DNA of 64,000 nucleotides. Origin: Epithemia pelagica. Lineage: Eukaryota; Protista; Bacillariophyta. Location of the stretch: assembly GCA_946965045.2 (NCBI GenBank), contig OX337232.1, positions 2,232,001-2,296,000 of the forward strand, read 5' to 3'. Numbering within the stretch: the stretch's first letter is position 1; every line of letters starts with the position of its first letter. The notes below the pieces were generated by a model that saw nothing but the letters and a program-made list of their open reading frames with translations, had not been told where the DNA came from and searched no databases. The translations under genes were made by a program, and so were the position numbers. Positions 22,028-31,295 of the stretch are shown one piece after another.

Positions 22028-25000
22028 ATGTCAGAAGTTGGAGCAGCACCAAAGTGGGGCAAACAAGACGACGCCAAACTAGCAGCGTTGTTCCGGAAGA
22101 AGTTGTCCAAGGGTGGAGTGTCACCACAGGACTTGGGAAGAGATAACATTGAAAAGGTGCGCCAAACTCACTTTCCTGAGCGTGCCTACCGGAACTTTGC
22201 ACCTCTGTTCCGCAGGAAAGCACGTGCCTTCAACGTGGAAAGCTCACTTGCTGGTGCAAGGAAAGCCCAAGGTACGTACTGATTCAATTGCGAATATCTT
22301 CTGCTGACCAGTTTCTAACTGGTTCTTGTAACTGTTCAACAACAATGGGTCGAAACAAAGAAGACGAACGCGAGGAAGTCGAAGAGGAGGCAGAGGAAGT
22401 TGACGAGGCTTCTGCAGGTGAAGAAGAAGAACTTGAAGTAGAAGAAGAACAGGCAGGTGGCGATGCCCAGGACATTTCAGACCTCTTGGGAAAAATGAGT
22501 ATTGGACGGGCATCCACCAAATCACCTTTTGGAATGGAAGTTGTCTTCCCTTACTTTCTCTACACGTACGAGGAAATGGACCAAATGCATGTGAGTATCG
22601 ATTTCCTTGTCTTTGGATTCAAGGAAAGTGCATTTCGTCCGCAGGTTGCTTCTGGTGGGCAAGAGTTGGAGCTCGGAACCATCATCCCTCCCATGTTCGT
22701 GCACCCTGATAGACTCTTCCAAGCAAATGAGGAAATCAACGACAACACACACAAGGCAACGGCCTACAAAATGATGGTGGATAGCATCCAGAAGAAGCAT
22801 GGCGATGGCACGTCCGAACAGCGCCTATTTGGTGATCCACAGAGGGTCAAATTGCCGTTCACATGCGAGCAGGAGATCTCAATGTGGGAGGTTCAACACT
22901 TTCCTAACAGTGACAGGGACTTTGACCCGATGACTGGTCATACACACATGGTCTCCATCTTGGCAATTGATCTTGTTGCCACTAGCAGAACTCTCATTGA
23001 GAATTCAGAAGGGTAATAGGTAGTTGGGTAAAAGGCTCGCTGAGCCGACAATCGATCACCAACCGATACAACAATTCTCCACGGGTCAGAGAAGAGTTGC
23101 AAGTCGAGGTCCGCCGTGGGTGGGGGCAGTCAGTCCACTGATAAGAGGTTAGTCTTAAGATGAGTGTTAAAATGGTGATATTAATGATTGTGAGATGATT
23201 ACTAACTAAGGTGTTTGATGAAGGTCGAGGTCCTGGCTCTTGTATACGGCCATGGATCTGGTGTGACAGGTCCTCAAATGGTTGGAGTAGACCTGCATTG
23301 TTGTATTGAAAGTATATGCAGTTGTATATCATATACCAATGCCAACAGCTCTTGCTTTGTTGTGATATAGGTAGTTTTCTTGGCGCGTTGTTGATTGCAT
23401 TCTTGGAATTGTGGGAATGGAAATATGGTCTCGCGTGATGGTGATTCGTGCTTTGATTACTTAGGTCGTTGAGGTAAGTCGTGGAGGTGCTCACTCGGAT
23501 CGTGATTGCGCGCGCTTGAGAATATTGGGCGCGCACGTGATGGGCCATAGTCAATATCCGAGCGGTCGCCGATAGCGCGTGCATTGCGAGCATGCCTTGG
23601 CCAAAATTATAGGTCCGCGAGCATGCCGTCATTCTTTTCTCACTTTTACACAAATGTCATCGGATGCCATAAAATACTAGCATCAGTCGATGTGTTGTAG
23701 ATTCCACCACCACCTAGTTAAAGGTGAGAATCCTAACACTCCCCACAATTCGTCGAGTGAGGATTGTTATTTTCCTTGTCATGCTTCTGAACGTTTCCTT
23801 CCCAGAAGAATATGATCTTGAACGTGGTCCATACTTTCAAGAATTTCCAATGCTTACTGACAATGTATCCCGGACGCTCTCATAGGGATATCTCAGGCAA
23901 TAAGTAATCAGTTCATCATTCTTCAGTTGGTAGGTCTTGTCGGTGCCCTTTGAGCTATGCTCCCCAGGTGCCTTCTTCATCCAAACATTGGGATCTGCTT
24001 TAGTTGGTGACAAATCCATATCAAGTGGGATGTCAAAGAAACAGTCACGCCGACATGCTCCTGAAGATTTTAATCCCTTTGAGGCCTTGTGCGTAATCAA
24101 GATGTGACCTGATTCCTTGAGTTCTTGTCTTGCAACTATCAAGATCTTCTCTCCAGATAAAGCTTCCAGGTCGTGTGCATTTCCAACTTTTGCTCCCCAT
24201 ATATCCATATCATTGAGAATCCCAAGACAGGTGGTTGTATGAAAGTTGTGAATGGAAGTAGTACACAAAAAGATTGCCTCAACCGGTTCTTTGGTAAAAG
24301 CCTCGTCTGTGATGAGAAGTGCTGGGCGACTATCATCATGTTTTACAAGATGGATTTGAATCTTGTTCTTGTGATACTCTTCTGGTGATGCATTTATCAT
24401 TTCCCTTCTCTTGAACTGAGCTTGAACGCAATCCTTGACTTTTGTGAGGGATTGGATCTGTGAAGCCTGAAAGAGCTCAACTTCAGTAGTGTCGTGCCAC
24501 TTTCTTTTACCATGTTGCTTGTCTAACAAAACAACTAACTCTTCATTTGTCATTGAAACTTGATAACCAAACTTGTACTTGATGGAACGACAGGCTTGCT
24601 TGATTCTTGACTGCTGTTTGGCAGCTTGAACAAGGCATTTACTGGTCTTGACAAAACGCTTGAGATGTTTCCATCCAAGTTCATTTAATAGGTCATGTTT
24701 CTTGGCATAGGCATCATTTACCATGAGTGACGGAGGCTCATAGATCATCTCCCCAGTCTCCCAATCAACAAGTATATTACAGTGACTTCTTTTGTAGTCA
24801 GGATTGTTGCTAATACTTGACGGTTCTTGATCTGCAACAACGTCCCTGAACTGAAAAACGTCATCTTCAGTTTCCTGTGCTTGGTTGTCCTGTTTGATGT
24901 ATTCCATATGTTGACGGTATGAAATTATCTTGTCAATGTCGGAAATGGATTTGCAGAAAGTGTACTTGATACAGTCTTCTTGCTTGAGAGCATCTTGTTC

Positions 25001-28000
25001 TAAATCAATGACGCATCTTATAAGACACGGTTGTGGTTGCTCCCCATTATACGGTTGTCGTTGCTCCCCATTTTCCTCTGGATCATAAACAAGGAAAGGT
25101 TGTCCAATAGTGTCATCATGTTTGATCGTTGGAATTTGCGTGGATGGATCTTCACCTTTGCTAGAAATGAGAACAATGTCAGCTTGCTTGCCGTTGGGTT
25201 CACTTGGAAGCGATTCCTCCCCTGAAGAGGTATCCACACAAAGGTTGCTGGGTGGCGTGGGTGCATCATGAAGAATGGCAGAGTAACAAAGGGTTGGAGT
25301 GTCCAGAGACAAAGTAGCACCAATAGGAGGGGCAAAAACAAGCCAGTAGCCAAGTGTCGTGACAAAAGAGGGAGGGTAGGGACGGTAGGGACGGTGGGAG
25401 AGGGCATATGATTCGGGAAAGTAGGGGGCCTTGTCCCAGATAAGGAAGAAAAGAGGGTGGGTAATGCCGGGTGGGCGACCATTGAGGATCTCAAGAGGGA
25501 TATGGCCCGAAACGGTCACGACGTATGTTGTCCTCTTAACGGTCTGATAACGGTTCTCAGCCATGTTCTGATCTTGGAGGTATGGTTTGGAACAGTATTC
25601 TCCAAGCAGGGGTGTGAAGAAGGAAGGCGTATCAGGTCCATGATCGTAAGGTAAATCCAAGAGAAGGTTGAGGTTACAGACAACAGGATTGGTATACTTC
25701 CCAAAAGCATCATGCGGATTGTTGCCATCATTTTCAACAGTCCTTGAAGAAGGTGCCGTATCTTGCATGGGATCAAGATACCAATGATTATAGCCAGTCA
25801 ATTGATTGTCACCGGAGAAAGTAGACATGCGAAAGAGCAGATGTCGAGATATCTCAACTTTCTGTTTACAGTTGTTGTTCTCGAGGCAATCATTAGGGAT
25901 GGATGTTGCCTTGGTAATGGACACCAAATTAGCAAGATCAGATGTTGGATGATTGACATCAATATTGGTCACAACTTGTGGAACCAACCGGGTAATCAGA
26001 TCAAAGAAATTATCTTGATGGTCTTGGGAATCATCTTGAATCATGTCGTCAATCCATGCACGACCAGGGTCGGGATCAGGTTCCGGATCAATGTCAAGAG
26101 TATGCGTCTGTTCCATGCATGCAGTTGTTGATGACGGATTCTGGGTAGACTTGTTGTACGCAATGATTACTTGACGACTATTGTCGTTGAGTTTACTCCA
26201 CAGATCTCTTGGAAGACTGATCTTTGGACGAAGCGAAGATGATTTCTTGGTCTTCACGTTAGTTCTCTTAATCATGCGGTGTTTTTCTTTGGGTGATAGA
26301 TCTTTGATATCAAAATCTTGATCATATTGAAAGTCGCATTGCTTGGTATGCTTAAGTCGGTTAGACTTTGGTGCTTGAGTTGCTTGGTCATGATCATATG
26401 CGGCATCAAGGAGAAGACGGAAATATGATTGATAACAAAGTGTCTTTGCACCAGACAAGATGTTGACTTGTCGTAAATCAGGTACCTTTTCAACGGCTTT
26501 CATCAGGAAGGTCATCCTAGTGGAGTGGCCAGGAATGTGATCAAACATTGATCCCAGATTGTCGAGAAGATGGAATTGGTGTTGAAAGTGGAGAAGAAAC
26601 TGATAGGTTGTGCCGTGCCATGAATCATCGAGACGAAGATTGGAGATGTAGTTGTTAAGACGTAGCACCTCTCTTTTTGCTAAACGAAATGACGAAATGC
26701 AACCTTGGTTCAGACGGAGCTTGGTGAAGTCTGCATTGATTCTCCAATGATCATAATTGGCCTTGGTGAGGTTCAACCAGGTAGAGCGAGGTAAATCAGA
26801 CTGCTGCAGGGTTGAGGTTTGTTCTCGTGACCAATGTGCTAGGATCTTCAGTTGATGCCTTGTAAATGTCTTCAGATCCATCGTCTTGTTCCCATACTTG
26901 TATTGTCCAAGGTCCTTGATATTCTTTTCTGGATTGACTGCAAGATAGTCGATGACATTCAGAATGTGTTCGAAACCACTATGTTTTATCCATTGATGAA
27001 GGGCTTGAGCTCGTTCCTCATCACATTCAAATAGATGCTGGGTGATATGATTGAACACTTGTGTATCTGATATGTCAGGCGGTACTGAGTCGTCAGAAGG
27101 AAGAAAAGGTGTCTTGGGGTGTGTTGGATCCATGGTAGTATATGGTTGGTTCATTGTTTATTTAATGTGTGGTGTGATATGAACCCGGATGTACCACGTG
27201 TGTGCCACGTATGTGAGTACCCGGATGTGTGTTGTGCTTGGAACCCGGATGTGCGGAACTCGGTTTTGTCTCTGATTTGTTGTGGAAACTACTTAAAGTT
27301 ACTTATCCTTGGTCACTTCTGGACTCGTTGCGGTGATCGAGTTGAACCGGGGAGTCAGGAATAGTGGTAGCTTCCTCGTCTTGCTCGTAGTCCTCAACAA
27401 AGTACTGGTCAGGTGAGTATTGGGAAGGTAGTTGCACGGAGTCCTGGTCCAGCTTGAGGTCCTGGAATAGGAGAGGGTTGGTGACCCTAGCCTCAGCCAG
27501 GCTGGCCCTGTTGTTGGGTTGGGTAGTTTTGTCCTCTAACTCTTGTTTGTTGGGGTAGCTCAATCTGTAATGGGTGTAGATGGGTGAGTAAGGTATCCAA
27601 TGCAACTGCAGGGCAATGAGCGATGAGACTGTTAATCTAGCAGAACTCTCATTGAGAATTCAGAAGGGTAATAGGTAGTTGGGTAAAAGGCTCGCTGAGC
27701 CGACAATCGATCACCAACCGATACAACAATTCTCCACGGGTCAGAGAAGAGTTGCAAGTCGAGGTCCGCCGTGGGTGGGGGCAGTCGGTCCACTGATAAG
27801 AGGTTAGTCTTAAGATGAGTGTTAAAATGGTGATATTAATGATTGTGAGATGATTACTAACTAAGGTGTTTGATGAAGGTCGAGGTCCTGGCTCTTGTAT
27901 ACGGCCATGGATCTGGTGTGACAGGTCCTCAAATGGTTGGAGTAGACCTGCATTGTTGTATTGAAAGTATATGCAGTTGTATATCATATACCAATGCCAA

Positions 28001-28552
28001 CAGCTCTTGCTTTGTTGTGATATAGGTAGTTTTCTTGGCGCGTTGTTGATTGCATTCTTGGAATTGTGGGAATGGAAATATGGTCTCGCGTGATGGTGAT
28101 TCGTGCTTTGATTACTTAGGTCGTTGAGGTAAGTCGTGGAGGTGCTCACTCGGATCGTGATTGCGCGCGCTTGAGAATATTGGGCGCGCACGTGATGGGC
28201 CATAGTCAATATCCGAGCGGTCGCCGATAGCGCGTGCATTGCGAGCATGCCTTGGCCAAAATTATAGGTCCGCGAGCATGCCGTCATTCTTTTCTCACTT
28301 TTACACAAATGTCATCGGATGCCATAAAATACTAGCATCAGTCGATGTGTTGTAGATTCCACCACCACCTAGTTAAAGGTGAGAATCCTAACAGCCACGG
28401 AGAAGCGCGTCAGGAAGAGGAATGGTGGAGTTCGTGTCTTTGGCTCACCCTCTGGGACCCGCAACAACAACAATTATCGCAACAACAATAACAACGACAA
28501 CTACAACTATGATGATGAGGACAACGCCACTATGGTGCGCGCTGATGAATGA
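22028..28552 (+). CDS. Harbinger B accessory gene: Myb/SANT-like domain, acidic linker and alpha-crystallin/HSP20-like domain; last ~50 codons separated by the LTR insertion
   Basis: Exon 1 reads KWGKQDDAKLAALFRK. The probable intron 22272..22360 keeps frame into EDEREEV. The C-domain reads FPYFLYTYEE, HVSIDFLVFG, GGQELELGTIIP, RVKLPF and SILAIDLVAT. The frame resumes after the LTR element as ATEKRVRKR...ADE* (stop 28550..28552). Confidence 0.7.
22983..23738 (-). repeat. 3' LTR (756 bp; lacks the 8 terminal bp present in the other LTR)
   Basis: Matches 27638..28393; by eye the only substitution is 23132 A vs 27787 G. Ends in ...CCTAACA on the plus strand. Confidence 0.95.
23837..27154 (-). 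CDS. Degenerate copia gag-pol ORF (1105 aa): gag-like part plus eroded post-integrase and RT N-terminal remnants; no recognisable protease, integrase core, YVDD or RNase H
   Basis: Gag-like LLDAAYDHD and PKISLPRDLW. The copia-like remnants KYKFGYQV, GAKVGNAHDLEA (cf. TDIGNAYLEA), KASKGLKSSGA (cf. KALYGLRSSGA) and KADPNVWMK are present, after which the ORF ends. Confidence 0.8.
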   Translation of the reverse strand: MNQPYTTMDPTHPKTPFLPSDDSVPPDISDTQVFNHITQHLFECDEERAQALHQWIKHSGFEHILNVIDYLAVNPEKNIKDLGQYKYGNKTMDLKTFTRHQLKILAHWSREQTSTLQQSDLPRSTWLNLTKANYDHWRINADFTKLRLNQGCISSFRLAKREVLRLNNYISNLRLDDSWHGTTYQFLLHFQHQFHLLDNLGSMFDHIPGHSTRMTFLMKAVEKVPDLRQVNILSGAKTLCYQSYFRLLLDAAYDHDQATQAPKSNRLKHTKQCDFQYDQDFDIKDLSPKEKHRMIKRTNVKTKKSSSLRPKISLPRDLWSKLNDNSRQVIIAYNKSTQNPSSTTACMEQTHTLDIDPEPDPDPGRAWIDDMIQDDSQDHQDNFFDLITRLVPQVVTNIDVNHPTSDLANLVSITKATSIPNDCLENNNCKQKVEISRHLLFRMSTFSGDNQLTGYNHWYLDPMQDTAPSSRTVENDGNNPHDAFGKYTNPVVCNLNLLLDLPYDHGPDTPSFFTPLLGEYCSKPYLQDQNMAENRYQTVKRTTYVVTVSGHIPLEILNGRPPGITHPLFFLIWDKAPYFPESYALSHRPYRPYPPSFVTTLGYWLVFAPPIGATLSLDTPTLCYSAILHDAPTPPSNLCVDTSSGEESLPSEPNGKQADIVLISSKGEDPSTQIPTIKHDDTIGQPFLVYDPEENGEQRQPYNGEQPQPCLIRCVIDLEQDALKQEDCIKYTFCKSISDIDKIISYRQHMEYIKQDNQAQETEDDVFQFRDVVADQEPSSISNNPDYKRSHCNILVDWETGEMIYEPPSLMVNDAYAKKHDLLNELGWKHLKRFVKTSKCLVQAAKQQSRIKQACRSIKYKFGYQVSMTNEELVVLLDKQHGKRKWHDTTEVELFQASQIQSLTKVKDCVQAQFKRREMINASPEEYHKNKIQIHLVKHDDSRPALLITDEAFTKEPVEAIFLCTTSIHNFHTTTCLGILNDMDIWGAKVGNAHDLEALSGEKILIVARQELKESGHILITHKASKGLKSSGACRRDCFFDIPLDMDLSPTKADPNVWMKKAPGEHSSKGTDKTYQLKNDELITYCLRYPYESVRDTLSVSIGNS
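27630..28393 (-). repeat. 5' LTR (764 bp, TGTTA...TAACA termini)
   Basis: Begins TGTTAATC and ends CCTAACA, followed directly by the TSD GCCAC. Confidence 0.95.
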
Positions 28553-29868
28553 ATGCTATTTGACCATGGTGAGGAACCACTCTGGCCTGATGGTGCATTC
28601 AATCGTAATCTTAGTTATTAATATATTTACCTAGTTTAGCAGTTTGTTTCCACATTGCGGATGTTAGCTAACATAGGATTGGGGATTTCCCAACTCTTGA
28701 CCAGGCCCAAAACGCAATTTCGCGATGTTCCAATAATGACTCAGCCACATGATGGTTTCTCCGCGCTGATGATAAGCTGCAAAAGGCAAAAGGCGAAGTG
28801 TCGAGATTCGAGATTCGAGTTACTCCACTTATCACCTAAAAGGATAATGGAGAATGCGCTACCTGCTCCCGGCTCGTACTGGTAGTAAGCCTACCTAGAT
28901 TTGTACCATCATCCATCATATGCTCAAGCTAAGGTGGTGGCGACGACTTGAAGATTGCTGATACCTTCTCATTTTCCCGTGAGATGGACTTTTGCAGATG
29001 AAGTCGTATGACGTAGCATAGCTGACACCGATGCAGTGCATCGCACTGACTGACTAGGAGTAGGTTCTGCATATTGGTCAGAGCTTGGTACTTGGAAAAC
29101 ACTTAGGACCAACACGAGGACCCATGGGCACATTGCTGTTCTTTTTCTGGCGTGTCCATGATCTGGGCACAAGAGTTTCTCACCGCAGTGATTCATGAAT
29201 CTAAGGCTAAGTGGGAATTGGGACGTGACTGGTATGTTTGAACCAACTGCATTACCTAGTTTTTTGTTGGCCATGACCTGCCACATAGACATCGAATGTG
29301 CAGTTACCAGTTACGATTTTTAATGCGATGATTATGATTTTGACGTTGTCTTGCTGGTAGATCTCATAAATGGAAACTGGCGGAGCTATCCCGGTCCCTT
29401 CCACAGCTAGCCTGCTCTCTCTAAGAGTACTCTCCATAAATCTCGAAGTCCAATGGAAATTGGAGATCTAAATTGGAGATCTATCGAAAGTAGAAAGATA
29501 TATATCCAAAGATGAAAACTGTCCCATAGAACCGAGAGCTGACAGGATGCGTGCGACAATTGAAAGGTGGTTGCGCCGGCCAGAAAGAAGCGGGTCGACG
29601 TTCGACGTCAAGTAGTTCACGACAATCGCACCGATGATCTAAAGGAGCAATCATAGAAAACGGCGATGACGCACGGAAGACCGGTTTTTCGAATGCCGCG
29701 CAATAACTTGTTCTTGGAGCAAAATATCACTTCTGGTTAGCTACATGGCCGACGACCAGCGGCATCTTCTACGGGAAAATCGAAGTTGTCTCGAACTAAC
29801 ATTGATCTGTGTCTGTTCCGCTGTCGATTTTAAAGACTGTATAAACACGAACTGGTGGGTCGAGTTCA

Positions 29869-30729
29869 CTATTCTATCTTGCCGTCCTTGGCCGGCTTCG
29901 ACACCATTTCCAATGATCTTGCACATTCCTGGACGGCTCGTTGCAAGCGGTACAGAGGAACCCAGATCCAAACAAAATTGCAAAACCAAAAACCAAACCA
30001 GTAGTAGACAAACTGGTAGTGACTTAACCATTTCACGTTACCAAATCGATTGCCTGGAATGCCAACGGGGTCAAGGGCGGGTACGTTGAATTGTCCTTCG
30101 TACACTTCCGCAAAAACAAAGACAAACGCCCCAAACATGTGAAGGATGGCAGTTATTATCTCAAGTGGGAACCTGTAGGGAGATTTCACAAGCACCGCGT
30201 ATAACGTCAACAGACATACTGGTTGATGAAACAAGATCTCAACCAATCCAACGACCCATGGAACAGAGTGATGTGTTGCAAAGCGATGGTCGAGAACCTT
30301 GTACTGCGAAACGACGACAGGAATTGCTTGAAGAGTGCCTGATGCTCCATCCATGATCCCATGGTAGAGCCATGCGTTCCACCAATACCATTCGGCAGCC
30401 CATTGATCGTAAATCGGCAGGGATTTCCATGCTGACAAGAGCGACGAGTTGCCGTCACCGGTTTTGTTGCTCAAATTTTTCAGACCAATGTAAGCCGTAA
30501 CGACAGATGCCGCAAAGAACACGATAACGTAGGGATTGAGAAAGAAACCGGTCACCAATTGCTGGATATCCCACTCGTGGCTTTGCAAGAACCGAAAAAA
30601 CATGACGAAGCAAACAATGAAGGAGAAAATCCGTGTTGGATCGATCATTTTCTTTTGGATGAATTCGCTATTCCATGGAATCCAGTTGCAGCTCCCCAGT
30701 GCAGGGAGATCTATCGAAGAGGTTGCCAT
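29869..30729 (-). CDS. EXPERA/emopamil-binding-protein family membrane protein (sterol isomerase-like/EBPL)
   Basis: WYWWNAWLYHGIMDG, YKVLDHRF, GLVEIL..QP, LEIITAILHMFGA and YYWFGFWFCNFVWIWVPL, with multiple TM segments. Confidence 0.8.
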   Translation of the reverse strand: MATSSIDLPALGSCNWIPWNSEFIQKKMIDPTRIFSFIVCFVMFFRFLQSHEWDIQQLVTGFFLNPYVIVFFAASVVTAYIGLKNLSNKTGDGNSSLLSAWKSLPIYDQWAAEWYWWNAWLYHGIMDGASGTLQAIPVVVSQYKVLDHRFATHHSVPWVVGLVEILFHQPVCLLTLYAVLVKSPYRFPLEIITAILHMFGAFVFVFAEVYEGQFNVPALDPVGIPGNRFGNVKWLSHYQFVYYWFGFWFCNFVWIWVPLYRLQRAVQECARSLEMVSKPAKDGKIE

Positions 30730-31295
30730 CCTGTTTCCATGTATTCGCCTCTGCAAGACAAGCCGGATCTTGGTTAACCTTACCAATGACGGCCGCAAAA
30801 CTTTCTATCTTGGTTTTGATTGATTTTTGAAAATTTGCCCAAATTCCTCACAAAAAAGGAACTACAAAAAAGAAATTTTACCAAAACAATCAGATCACTA
30901 AGGGTGGGGGTACGGGAATGCGAGGGGTACAAAACACCGAAAATTACGGTAGTCAACGAATACCTAGGTAGTCAAGGTAGTTCCCTGCATAGGCAACCGG
31001 TCAATGATGAGATTCCCGTCTACTCCAAAGAGGAAGAGCTCGTGTTAAGTGCAGTGAAATAGCGCAACTGTTGTGGTGAACCTTCTTCTCGCTGTGCAAA
31101 AAGCAGTCGATCACATTCGGTGAAATATTCTCAGACAAGGTAGGACGATCGTAATAATCATTTTCCAATCGTTTTCTTCATGCTTACGCGATGAAAGATT
31201 GTCACCATGGAAAGTCCTTTTGAACCCAGAGATCCGAAAGTATCTTTAGGTGCTTTAGCTCACCATCTTAGTATTGGCTTGCATGGTATCGCATG

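Larger units (their letters stand above)
22983..28393 (-). mobile_element. Ty1/copia (CoDi-like) LTR retrotransposon, non-autonomous deletion derivative, recent insertion
   Basis: Two LTRs (22983..23738 and 27630..28393), a 5-bp TSD GCCAC (22978..22982 and 28394..28398), and a PPT-like GTGGGGAG before the 3' LTR on the minus strand. The internal ORF carries gag and decayed copia pol remnants. Confidence 0.95.
19729..28731. mobile_element. PIF/Harbinger-superfamily DNA transposon B (~3.6 kb without the nested LTR element)
   Basis: TIR GAAACATCGCGAAATTGCCTTTTGCGCCTG (19729..19758) matches the reverse complement of 28702..28731 (GGAACATCGCGAAATTGCGTTTTGGGCCTG) with 3 mismatches. AAT flanks both ends. 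The element contains a divergent transposase and accessory gene. Confidence 0.85.
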
